From positions 1,116,001 to 1,180,000 of the forward strand of contig JBLDXI010000020.1 in assembly GCA_047495785.1 (NCBI GenBank): a stretch of 64,000 nt of DNA, given 5' to 3'. The translations under genes and the position numbers were made by a program. This DNA is from Lepidodermella squamata (Eukaryota > Animalia > Gastrotricha). Below are positions 38,095 to 48,572 of the stretch, in pieces. Within the stretch, counting starts at the first letter, position 1, and the number at the start of each line of letters is the position of its first letter. The notes under the pieces were generated by a model. The model did not search any database. It was not told the origin of the DNA and was given only the letters and a program-made list of their open reading frames with translations.

Positions 38095-40488
38095 ATGAAT
38101 TCGAATTGTCTCTGCGCCATAATCATGTTATTGGCCTCAATAACGCAGTGCGAGAAGCCTAAAAAACTTCAAATGCTATCCTTCATGCCAGTCGATCCCG
38201 TCAAGGGAGTTGGTTATCCAGCTTGCTTCGCTTCTATGAACTATGTTATCGATCAGGCCAACTCTAGAAGCGACATCTTGCCAGACTATGAGATCGAGTT
38301 GAAACCTCTAGACGAAGGCCCTGGAGCTACGATGGCACCCCGCAACTTTGTTCGCTTCATGGAATCAGCCGGTAACGCTACCTTATCGCCAATAGTTCTC
38401 GGACCGTCTGTGGCTTGTCAAACCGTCCTCACGTCTCTCAAGGTGCATAGCTTCATCGCTTTTTCCCAGTTATGTAACGGCCCATATTTGGTGGCAAGGA
38501 AGCAGCTTTTCTCAAATCTTTACCGCTTCATTCTACCCGGCGAGAACAACGCTATAGCCGCGGCTTTGTTTCTAACCAAAGTCGGCGGTTGGAAGCAGAC
38601 GGCAATTCTAACAACTTCGTCGAATCCGAATGACTACCAGGGCGGTTTGATCATTCAGAAGGAACTGGTAAAAGCTGGCGTAGATGTCGTTTACTTCGGT
38701 CTAGACAGCGGTGAGATATCTGATGAAACTTTGACGCAAATGAAGACGAGTGGTGCTCGAGTTATCACGATTTCGGTCTCAACTGTTTCGATGTGTTTGA
38801 ATTTTCTGTGCCGAAGCCATGCAGCCGGCATGCGAGCTCCTCAGTACCTTTTCGCGTTTCAGGTCACTTGCTCCTTCGTCCCAACCAGCCAGAGCCTGGT
38901 TCTACCAAACGGTTGTAGCAGGCAGACGATTTTTGAGCAACTCAAAATCTCGATTTGGTTCGGTTTGTACCGAGGAACTACGCAAACACAGGAGAGGACC
39001 AGCCTGGGCTACACGTCATCGCAGTTCAATCAAGAGGTCGATAAAGCTTTGAAAATGAAAGCGCCTGATGAAGATTTGCGAACGATCTGCCACGATATAG
39101 CAATGGCAGCAGTTTTAGCCCTGAATCGCTCTGAAATTGCGTTGAAAAGTAACTTCAACAGCTCTTTGAAGGACTTCTCGTCAGATCCGAAACTCGTAGG
39201 ATCCGTGGTTAATGAATCAGCCGCCTCTATGGACGTTGTCGGGCTGAGAATTGGTCGAATCAAATACTCGGCAAGAATGGAAATCGACACAGATCAAATG
39301 TGGATTGGGCAGCTGATGGATAACGGCGCTTTAAGGATGTACTACAAGGTTCAAAGAAAGGACGATGGCTTCAGTCTTGACGCTAACGCCTACAGTTTGA
39401 CGCTGATAGAAAAACCGATTTGGCAGACAAAATCAGGGTTGCCTCCAAAAGATTTGACGCAAGTGATTATTGAGGAGGATTGGTTGCCCGAATCTGCTAT
39501 AGGAGTCCTCACTGCACTAGCGATTGCGGTAACAATCCTCCAGGTAGCGCAAGGTTGTTTGGCTTTGAAGTTCAGGAGGGACAGTGCCAGCCAATTTGGG
39601 CCGTTTTTCGATTCATTCTTCAAACTAGCCATCGTAATTGGTTGCTTCGTGCTGAACCTATCATGTATTATCCTAGTCATTGGGAACAACTTTTTCATTC
39701 AGGTGGAGTGCCAACTAAGATTTTTACTGACTTCACTTGGCTTGGGCTCGATTAACGGAGCGGTTTTTCTGCTGCTTCTCACCTATTCTTGGATACGTCA
39801 GCCAATATGTGAAACTAGGTCGAATATTGGCCGAAGCCGATCTACTTGGAGGACAAAGCTCAGAGGAGCAAAGTCCCGATCTTCGAATTCTGTATCCCTT
39901 TGCAGTACGGTTTCGCAACTTCAAACGACTTCGAGCTATTCAGCAAAATCTCATAAAAGGCTGAAAATCAGCTATTTGACTTACATCCTGGCAACGGTAT
40001 TTATCATCGCATTTTGGCAAGCTGGTTACGACCGTCTTTCGGTTGAAAATCGCTATTCGGAAGTGATCTACGCCGAAGAAATCGATGGCTATACGCAAAC
40101 CCGATCAACTTCTTGTTCTTCCGATTATCAACAAATTTTTCTGGCAATTCTTATCGCCCTAAATGGCGTTACAATTCTGGCTGGATGTTGTATCACCCTG
40201 CAGGTGCAAAACTTTAAAAAGCCAGCCGAAGTCAGGGTCGAATTTGAAGTTCTAAAAATTGCGGTTACCAATTCAATTTTCATCTTCGGAGCTGTTCTAT
40301 TGATAGTTATCATCCTAACTCAGGCAGAATACCCGCAGTGGGTTAGTTGTCTCGTAGTTGCGATTGGAGACTTAATCTTCTCACTATCGACGAGTTTGAT
40401 CATTTTCCGACCCTTTTGGAGGAATGTTAGACCAGATGCGACGGTCGAGACTGGCCTAGCCATCATAAGGGTTAAAACTCTAGAATGA
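38095..40488 (+). CDS. Intronless GABA-B-like class C GPCR
   Basis: ANSRSDILPDYEIEL, FSNLYRF, GGWKQTAI, WQTKSGLPPKD, 7TM region; collinear with 2518-4974. Confidence 0.85.
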   Translation: MNSNCLCAIIMLLASITQCEKPKKLQMLSFMPVDPVKGVGYPACFASMNYVIDQANSRSDILPDYEIELKPLDEGPGATMAPRNFVRFMESAGNATLSPIVLGPSVACQTVLTSLKVHSFIAFSQLCNGPYLVARKQLFSNLYRFILPGENNAIAAALFLTKVGGWKQTAILTTSSNPNDYQGGLIIQKELVKAGVDVVYFGLDSGEISDETLTQMKTSGARVITISVSTVSMCLNFLCRSHAAGMRAPQYLFAFQVTCSFVPTSQSLVLPNGCSRQTIFEQLKISIWFGLYRGTTQTQERTSLGYTSSQFNQEVDKALKMKAPDEDLRTICHDIAMAAVLALNRSEIALKSNFNSSLKDFSSDPKLVGSVVNESAASMDVVGLRIGRIKYSARMEIDTDQMWIGQLMDNGALRMYYKVQRKDDGFSLDANAYSLTLIEKPIWQTKSGLPPKDLTQVIIEEDWLPESAIGVLTALAIAVTILQVAQGCLALKFRRDSASQFGPFFDSFFKLAIVIGCFVLNLSCIILVIGNNFFIQVECQLRFLLTSLGLGSINGAVFLLLLTYSWIRQPICETRSNIGRSRSTWRTKLRGAKSRSSNSVSLCSTVSQLQTTSSYSAKSHKRLKISYLTYILATVFIIAFWQAGYDRLSVENRYSEVIYAEEIDGYTQTRSTSCSSDYQQIFLAILIALNGVTILAGCCITLQVQNFKKPAEVRVEFEVLKIAVTNSIFIFGAVLLIVIILTQAEYPQWVSCLVVAIGDLIFSLSTSLIIFRPFWRNVRPDATVETGLAIIRVKTLE

Positions 40489-40540
40489 GAAGGATATTTT
40501 ATTGATGTGAATTTTTTTGAGTAATACAACACGTGTCATA

Positions 40541-41713
40541 TTAGTTGTTGAGTACAAGCGACTTGATAGTACAAAGAGCGTCTGCATCGATGAGCTTTCC
40601 GGCAACAGACTGCTCCAATTTCAGGAACTTGGACACATAATACGCGGCTGTTATGATTGAAATCTGCCCGGACAGCACGGCGTAGTTGATGGCAATTCGA
40701 ACAGTGTCACCGGACAGAAAAGACGGGTAGTCAAAGTACCAACAATTACCGAATGACGGATCGTCAACGCAGATTCGCGAGAGAAGATGAACAGCATTGT
40801 CGAAAATTCCGAACGCCGAAGTCGATAAGACTGCGGCTAAAAGTGAAATCAGCATAGACCTAAGCGCCTGTCTAATCGATTGTTGCTCCTTCGAAGGAAG
40901 CGGCCATTCCTGCTGAACATTCGGGAAGCATTTAACAGCGATTAGACACCCTATTGAGCTCATGAAACTGATACTGCAAGCGAAAATTAGGAAGCCATAG
41001 CAGAAAAGATCTAAATTGTGCATGATATAGCCGTTTGAAGTTGATATGTCGAAGGGCGTTCTCATCAGTTGGAAAACGACGCGTTGCTCGCCATTTTCGG
41101 CCGAGTCGTTACAAGGACAGCAGCAATAGGACGCGATTGTCGAGCAGGCCATAACAGCGCCGAAAATAGCGACAATTCCGTTGAAAAACTGGCCGCTGAA
41201 AACGCGTTTTCGCAGCAAAATTTGACCATCAATCTTGCCATTTACAGCTCGAATTTTCGCGATAATTGCGAGGATCAACGACTCGAGGACAACAGCGGCT
41301 GTGAATGTGAACAGAAATGTATCAGCGACTCGGCGGACGAAACGGATGATGAAATGAATTGTAAAGCAGAAGAAATAGCCAAATGAGCCAGAATACTGGA
41401 GTAATTGCGCGTCCTCTCGAAGGAAGTCAATCATTTTACATGACCATAGAATTATGTTGGTTTTTACGAGAATTTCACCAAGTCGTTGAAATTCGTTCCG
41501 TTTTTCTTTATGAGCTGCTTTCGCCTTGGCAAGCAGGGTTAAGATGTAGCTTAAAGATGCGACCAAGATGAAAGAACAAGTTGGGTTAAGTATGACGCTG
41601 AATAAGAACGAAACCAGCCAATATTCACACTCTTCGCCGAAACAGCGACATTTACGCAGGGAAGTTATATTATTTTCGAGCGACGTGCCTGGTAGTACCT
41701 TTGGATAATCCAT
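40541..41713 (-). CDS. Divergent multi-pass (probably 7TM) membrane protein, unrecognised family, paralogue 2 (390 aa, intronless)
   Basis: CRCFGEECEYW...DFLREDAQLLQYSGSFGYFFCF...RRVADTF; about 7 hydrophobic segments. Confidence 0.75.
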   Translation of the reverse strand: MDYPKVLPGTSLENNITSLRKCRCFGEECEYWLVSFLFSVILNPTCSFILVASLSYILTLLAKAKAAHKEKRNEFQRLGEILVKTNIILWSCKMIDFLREDAQLLQYSGSFGYFFCFTIHFIIRFVRRVADTFLFTFTAAVVLESLILAIIAKIRAVNGKIDGQILLRKRVFSGQFFNGIVAIFGAVMACSTIASYCCCPCNDSAENGEQRVVFQLMRTPFDISTSNGYIMHNLDLFCYGFLIFACSISFMSSIGCLIAVKCFPNVQQEWPLPSKEQQSIRQALRSMLISLLAAVLSTSAFGIFDNAVHLLSRICVDDPSFGNCWYFDYPSFLSGDTVRIAINYAVLSGQISIITAAYYVSKFLKLEQSVAGKLIDADALCTIKSLVLNN

Positions 41714-42099
41714 ATATCAAATTCAAAAACTCAGAAACGAGACAAAAAAATTGACGAAAATAACCGACAGATGCCGCTGTGAAATGTCTAAATTCAGGTG
41801 ATTTTTTTATCGAAAATACAAAGCACGCACTGGTTTATTACCACCTTATTATTATCGCAAAAGAAAAATAATGAAAAATTCAAAATGATGATTACCGATA
41901 TTAGGCACGCGATAATGATTTGTTTACCGTTCGGTCAGCGATTCATTTAACTATAACATGTAACTTTCATTTTCGTTTCAATCATGTTGCAATAGGGACA
42001 GGTTCAGGTGTTTGCTATTAGGCTGGTTATGTCCATGACTTGGGAATATTAAAATTACAAAAAACAAATTAATTCGTCGAATATTCAATATTCAAGTTA

Positions 42100-42622
42100 C
42101 CGTATATTCCGTAATAGCTTCATATACCCGTTATTACCGCCCGTCCCGTTTACAACCCTCCTTTCAAGGCCTTTGAAAAAATAAAGCCTCATACTCGCAA
42201 TAGCTACCCGCGATCTAAATTAATCGATTTTAAAAATAATTGCGCATAATTTTTTGAAATTCCATTTCTGAGGCATTTGATGGGTATATTTGATAGAAAA
42301 TGGCGAAACATAGCTGAGTGAGAGAATTTAAGCAACGAAAATTGCCAAAGTAGCTATCGATTTCCAAAGCATCCATCATAAGAAAAAAACTAAAATTTCC
42401 AATTTTCAAAAAATTGCATAAAAATTGAAAAATCGCTATCGAACGATGAAGTTCTCGATTTTGATGAAAAGTTGTTGACCTCAGTTCAAATATTATCAAT
42501 TTATTTTAACACTTGAAACCATAAAGTAGCATGCTCGCGATTGTAACGCGTCCCGTTTACAACCTCCCTTTTTCGAAGCTTTGACATTACAATGCCCCTT
42601 GAAGCTATTTCGGAAAATACGG
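42100..42622. mobile_element. pogo/Tc1-mariner-type MITE
   Basis: TIRs CCGTATATTCCGTAATAGCTTCA and TGAAGCTATTTCGGAAAATACGG, flanked by TA on both sides; internal direct repeat gtcccgtttacaacc. Confidence 0.75.
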
Positions 42623-42866
42623 TAAGTGTCAAGTTTCAAAATTAGACCCTGCCAACAGGTAAATTTGTCCCCTTTTCGGTAAATTTGCTGGACCCGATGA
42701 ATCATCGCGTGTACCACGCGTCTACGACACTGAAACCAATGAATAATGATAAGGATACGATAAAAAATAAACGCGGCCAACTCCGTAGCCTTCTTATCTA
42801 GAATACACCGTTAAATTAGCTCTGTCATGAATAACTCAAATCTATGGTTATTCATTACCTCCATGG

Positions 42867-42874
42867 TATAAAAG
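42867..42874 (+). promoter_or_regulatory. Candidate TATA box of the LITAF-like gene
   Basis: TATAAAAG about 90 nt upstream of ATG 42960. Confidence 0.45.
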
Positions 42875-42959
42875 CCAATATTCTGAAGCGGGTGAGAAAA
42901 AACACTAGTGAACAAACAACAAATCTTGCAAGGTAGAAAAGTATTACTTATATTAAGCA

Positions 42960-43594
42960 ATGGTACATCACCACGGAGGTCATCACCACCATTTCGGAGG
43001 CCACCACCACCACCACCACATCGGCCACCATCACCATCACCACGCTATTACACACCATCCGCATCATTTCGCCCATCATCATCATCATCTTCACGTCGCC
43101 CCGCCTTTCATCCCCCCACGTTTTCGGATCGGAACTACTTACGTTCGATCAACGACCGCGGCTACGGTTGCCGTGAATGCTGCCCAGAATGCTCCTTGGA
43201 CTCAAGCCACTGAACCTGCGCCGGCGCCGCCGCCCTATGCTGAAGTTCAGCTAAACGTGTTGGCTCCGGTCGAAGAAACGTGCCCGAATTGCAAGCAAAC
43301 AATCACAACGATCGTCAAATACAAAACCGGTAAAAATACCTGGAAATGGGCTGCATTGGGCCTTTTGCTTTTTTGGTAAGAATTGCTTTCCAATCTTCCC
43401 GCAATTTCATCGATTTTAATTTATCAGCGCTGGAGCCTGTTTTGTTCCGTTTTGCATGAACTCAACAAAAGATGGTGAGTGTTTTAAATTCTCGTAATAT
43501 TTTTCAAATTAAGTACAATAATTTTACAGTTCACCACGTGTGCCCAAGCTGCAAGCATGTCATCAAAGTCTACGAACGAGTCAGCGACTCATAA
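42960..43594 (+). CDS. LITAF/SIMPLE-domain protein with His-rich N-terminus and PPxY motif; 3 exons
   Basis: PPPY; TCPNCKQTITT..hydrophobic..FVPFCMNSTKD|VHHVCPSCK, the CxxC...HxCxxC LITAF zinc motif. Confidence 0.9.
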
Positions 43595-43705
43595 AACAAT
43601 GATTAGTTTATTTTAGAAATTTACAGCCGCCTTAAATGATAATAGAGCAGCTTCTCATATTTTCTATCGAATTTAGCAGAAATAAATTGTTGAATTTCGA
43701 ATATT

Positions 43706-45591
43706 TTATATCAAGTCTTCGCTTTCGCTATCCACATCTTTAGGAGGGAGGGCCTTTTTAGGAGCTTCCTTGACGTAGATATCAGCGAAAAGGCGATGCT
43801 CCCTTAGTAATTCCGGCCGTTCGATAGTCATCCGCCTCATCGCCATATCAGAATTAACCGGTAGATTGCAGACTAGTAAGTCATAGATGCGACCAAACTG
43901 GGCGGCTCGGGGTTCAGGATGCTCATAGTTCATCGCCCAAATAGCTCTCAGAGCCATGTAAATCTGCCGATTGACTTCGACAACCAAATGAGGCTCGGCG
44001 AGATGTCGCAGCGATTCGACGTGGAAAAATACGAGGGCTTGAAGAATGGCGAATTCGATGAAGTTCGGCTGCCATTGTTGTAACAAGCCGGCGATTTCGT
44101 CGACGATGAGCGAAACGCCGCGGAAAAATGGGAAAATTTGCAAGAAACGCTCGGCTGCGGGTTCGGGCATGCCGAAAAAGCGGAAATAATTGTGGCTTGG
44201 CAGGCAAACCTGAGCAATGACAAGCGGCATGAGGGCGCGGGATAACAAGTTGCATTGATCAGCAACAGGCAATCGGGCTACTTCTGAAAATTGAAGGGCA
44301 AAGGTAGTGTAACGAAGGATATCGTACTTCCTCCTATGTTACTAAACTTTCAACCTCGAAATTTTGAAAAATTCGAAAATTGATAGTTTTGGTGAATTGT
44401 TGATTTTTTGCGTTTTCGAACCGATTTGACACCTCAACCTTGGGCTACTTTTGGAAAAAATACGGCAACTTCGGCAACCTGCTTCACAAAATTAAAAAAA
44501 TTAGCCAGCGCTCAAAGTTCTGAATATTGGCCGTGATTTATGATCTTGCAAACTTTGAGAATTTTTCTAATTTTACCTTTTGGCCATTTAAAACTCTGGG
44601 AATAATTTTGGTAACTTAGGAAACTCTGGAAAATAACTCGAAATTCAGTTACAAATGTTTATGCAAATACCCGATATTTCTAACCTTCAATCTTTAACAT
44701 TTAATGACCTGCAAAACCTGCAAAATGACTCACGTTCGAGGTGTTTCACGTAAGCCGTGCCGAAGCTTAGCATGACATTGAAATTCGCCATCGCGCTGTG
44801 CCACGTCTTAGCATCGTTTTCGAAGGGCTCGGGAGAAATTGTAAAAGGCATCTAGGAAAACATTATTTAATTGACCTGCCACTACGTAAAGTCAACTTGC
44901 CGAATCTAGAGCTGAAAGAATAGTCGCGCCCGGGACGATAATTCTGAGAAATCTCTCGGTTTGAATGCATTCAACATTAGCAGGGGCCGCAGATACCGTA
45001 ACCATCGACGTGCTGTTTCTATTATTGTTCGGCGATGAATTATTATCAAAAATTGCAACGGCTTGATTGCTCGGGATGACGCTCGTTTCCTCCTCAAATC
45101 TTTGTTCATTTTGAGGAGGTAGTTGTTCGACATAATTTCGGGCGCTTCTTGCGATGTTATTATTTGTAGGCTTATTTTTGGTCGATCCTTTCCCGGCTAT
45201 TCGCATTCCAATTTTGAGACACCTTGCCAGGCGGCATTTCGGACAGAACTGGCGGCGGCTGAATGGATTTGGAGCTTGAAATGTTACCACACGCGGCATG
45301 CAGTCTTCAAGGCCGGTGAGGCATTTCAGAGTTATTCGACTGTTCCGATTTCGAAGGAAAAATTTCTGGAAAAATTTGGAAAAATAATTTGACCTTTACT
45401 GCGTTGAATTGTAAATTCACTTTGCAGGCTTCACAGGCGTTAACCCCGCACCGGATGACCCCGTTCGTCGGCAAGCCACAAACCCCGCAGCCAGGATCGG
45501 ATGCCGCTGACAATCGGCCATTATTGCTCGCGAAATTCGGGGGCATGCTAACTTGATTGCGAGCGCAGCTTTCCCTTGCAGGGTAAATCAT
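43706..45591 (-). CDS. Divergent nuclear hormone receptor (C4 zinc-finger DBD + LBD), ~443 aa, 4 exons, one GC-AG intron
   Basis: CGVC..CEACK|KFFLR..C..C..CPKCRLARCLKIGM; LBD signature VARLPVADQCNLL and EFAILQALVFF. Exons 45591-45421, 45365-44901, 44851-44734 and 44283-43706 sum to a multiple of 3. Confidence 0.85.
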
Positions 45592-46078
45592 GTTGAAATA
45601 AGCGTTTTAGCATCGCTGGAAAGTCAAAACAAAAAATCTGATCGGCGTCTGTTTTTAGGCGAATTTTTAAAATTGACAACAGCTGCGGCAGCAAAAGTGA
45701 TTGTTACTTCCGACGCACACAGTCCCTGTTTGTCTATTTTTGTTTGTTCTTGTGTTTTCTCACCGGAATAAATTGATTATGCGTCATTTTTGTGATGTTG
45801 GATCAGCTGAAAGCGCCCTAATTTCGGCCATAATTTTGGCAGCAAGGCGATCTTTTAGTTTTAGTTAACGCCAAAACCCTGGTCTCTTTTGTAAAACTTA
45901 GAATCGAAAGATGAACCGATGCGAACTATTGAGCGATTGGACACAATTTTCGCGAAATAAAAAAATAAATGTTAAACTGAAATGAGTTTTTCCTACACGA
46001 AAAAAGCTAAAGCACCTTGAAGCGGGCAATTATGTTTGGACCCAAACAGCAAATCTTGAAAATAATCAATATCGAATA

Positions 46079-46354
46079 CAGGGTGGCCAAAAAATTCCGC
46101 AGAGCGGGAATTCGAAGCGCATCCATTTAATGAGAAGTTTTAAAAAGTTGAAGAATTTCAAGCATTCTTTTGCCAATGGAACTCCTCAATTTCTTGAAAC
46201 TCCTCATTAAAATGATATCATTTTAATGAGGAGTTTCAAGAAATTGAGGAGTTCCATTGGCAAAAGAATGCTTGAAATTCTTCAACTTTTTAAAACTTCT
46301 CATTAAATGGATGCGCATCGAATTCCCGCTCTGCGGAATTTTTTTGCCACCCTG
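46079..46354. mobile_element. Near-perfect 276-bp palindromic Tc1/mariner-type MITE
   Basis: TA|CAGGGTGG...CCACCCTG|TA; arms are reverse-complementary right up to a central GATATC, with very few mismatches. Confidence 0.9.
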
Positions 46355-46874
46355 TAGATTGGATGTCAAGAATGAGGAAAAGCTGATTTTTGAAATTTTT
46401 CAATATATTTGAAAAATCTTTTCTCCCTGTAATTTTAAATAGCATCATGTCTTTTGATCGTGATAAGAGTATTTTTCGAAGGTTTCTACTTCAGCTATAC
46501 CATATCTCTTCTGGTCGACCTCTTGTTAACACCTTTTGACATGTGAATGTCAAGTGGAACAACGATTTATTAAGTGGGACTGATTTTTTTATAAAATATT
46601 TTAACATATTATTCGAGGTTCGCATGCACCGAATTAAATAGATTTTATCGCTGATGATATTTTTTAGAAAGTGCGATCATCCATCCGACTGGAGAACCCT
46701 TGACGTGAAATAGCCCTTCTAAAGCATTAATTTTGTCCCCTACCTAGACTGCTCATCGATAATATGTCAATAGACGGATCGCGATATTCGATAAATGCTG
46801 AATGACAATTTTAATTTGAGACTGATTCTCTGAACTGCCGTGGTCTTATATTAGGTCAAACACTATTAGAAACA

Positions 46875-48200
46875 ATGTCCTGCGATGATCTGCTCACCGA
46901 CCCTAAACAACTCGAGTCGTTCTGCTCGACCGTCGCCAAGTTGTACGAACTCGTCGCCGAAAATCGAGGCGGCGAAATTCCGTCAAAATTAGCCAAATTA
47001 TCACGCTACAACGGTGACCAGTTCGGCGTCGCGGTTTGCACTGTAAACGGCGATCGCCACTCGATTGGCGACTGCAAGACACCATTCCCGGTCGACGCAA
47101 TGTGTAAAGCATTCAACTATACAATCGCAGTGACAGAAATGGGCGCCGATGCCGTACATTCCTACGTTGGCTACGAGCCAATTGGAAATGTCGTCAACAA
47201 TTTCGACCAGCATTGCTTGAATGCAAATGGCAAGCCGCATAATCCGATGGCGGATGCAGGTGGGCTGGTTACAGCGTCTCTTCTCAGCAATTATTTGCCG
47301 TTTTCGGAGAGATTCGAAAATGCTTTCAACGAATATCATAAAGTAGCCGGCGAGGATTCTATCAGATTTTCAACTAGCTTCTACCTTAGCGCGAAAACTG
47401 AAGTTTCCGACCGTCTCCTAGCAGTCGGTATGTTGAAAAATAACCGAGATTTTAGCTGTACATTTTAAAATATTCTCAGGTCATTTCCTTCAAGAGGCCC
47501 GAGCTTTTCCTGAGGGTACAAAATTGCATGAATCCTTGGATATATTCGAAAAATTCAGCTCAATCGAAGCAACGGCTGAAACTTATGCCACAATGGCGGC
47601 TACGTTGGCTAACAATGGAGTATGCCCGACAACGGGTGCTATCGTCCTAATCCCAGAGGCGGTCCGAAATTGCCTTTCGTTGATGCACACCTGTGGTATG
47701 GGCGAATTTTCCGGGAAATTCGCGTTCGACATTGGCCTCGCGGCAATATCAAGCGAAACCGGGGCTATTATTCTGGCGATTCCGGCTCTTTTCGGCATGT
47801 GCATATGGTCGCCGCCTGTTGATGCTTTTAAGAGTCAGTTTGATATCGAAATAGGAAAAATTAAAATTTGCTCATTTTTTATCACAGACAGCGTTCGAGG
47901 TCTCGAGTTCTGTCAGCGTTTGGTTGAAGCTTTTAATCTCCACAAATTCGACTACGTTCCGCCTGTTATCGCACAGGAAGTGAGAAGAACATCGGAAGCA
48001 CTGGATGAATTCACCTCAGCTAGCGGTTCGCCTTATGAATCGAGAAGGTGGGGAGAATCTGAATATTCAATTATTCAAATTTTATTTCACTTTTCTTTAG
48101 AGGAAGTCTTAGCGTAATGGAGGCAAGATTGAAGCAGGGACCGAAGTTGAGAACGCCACTGGAAGATTTGGAAGATCTCGACGACGAAGAATACACTTGA
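46875..48200 (+). CDS. Glutaminase-fold protein with a degenerate active site (probable pseudoenzyme), 388 aa, 4 exons
   Basis: FGVAVCTVNG, VHSYVGYEP, KPHNPM, ATLANNGVCP, LSLMHTCGM, WSPPVD..NSVRG. Introns 47428-47479, 47834-47887 and 48048-48100 give an intact 1167-nt CDS. Confidence 0.9.
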
Positions 48201-48572
48201 AAATCTCCTATAAAAACGAGCTCTTGATCTCTATCCGCTTTATAGATCAAGTATCATCACGTATTTTTTCAATAACCCACACCCTAGCACGATAAAAATA
48301 TGTTGTGAATATGTCAGTTTTCCTATGGCGATGTCGAAGTAAAATGCTTGAATTATTTTTTTACTATCCAGTCTTAGAAGCGCCGGAAGTTATATCTCGG
48401 CGCCGAGGTTGGCGAGGAAGCAGCGAAAAGATCCGGAATGTTCTCTCAAAAGCTTGACACAAACCTTTCCTGTTTTTTCGCATAATAATAGGTAGTAAAA
48501 ATCGATAACTTGCAGTTAACTGCTTATTATTTTTTCTTTTGCCAACATTTGTGAATGAATGTCTAGCGAGCA

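Noticed and set aside
42908-43213. Pro/Ser-rich 101-aa ORF
   Set aside because: It is an alternative frame of the His-codon tract of the LITAF gene
46875-48200. Bacterial horizontal origin of the short glutaminase-like gene
   Set aside because: It has three spliceosomal introns and animal-type motifs (KPHNPM, WSPP.D..NSVRG); nothing in the sequence supports transfer
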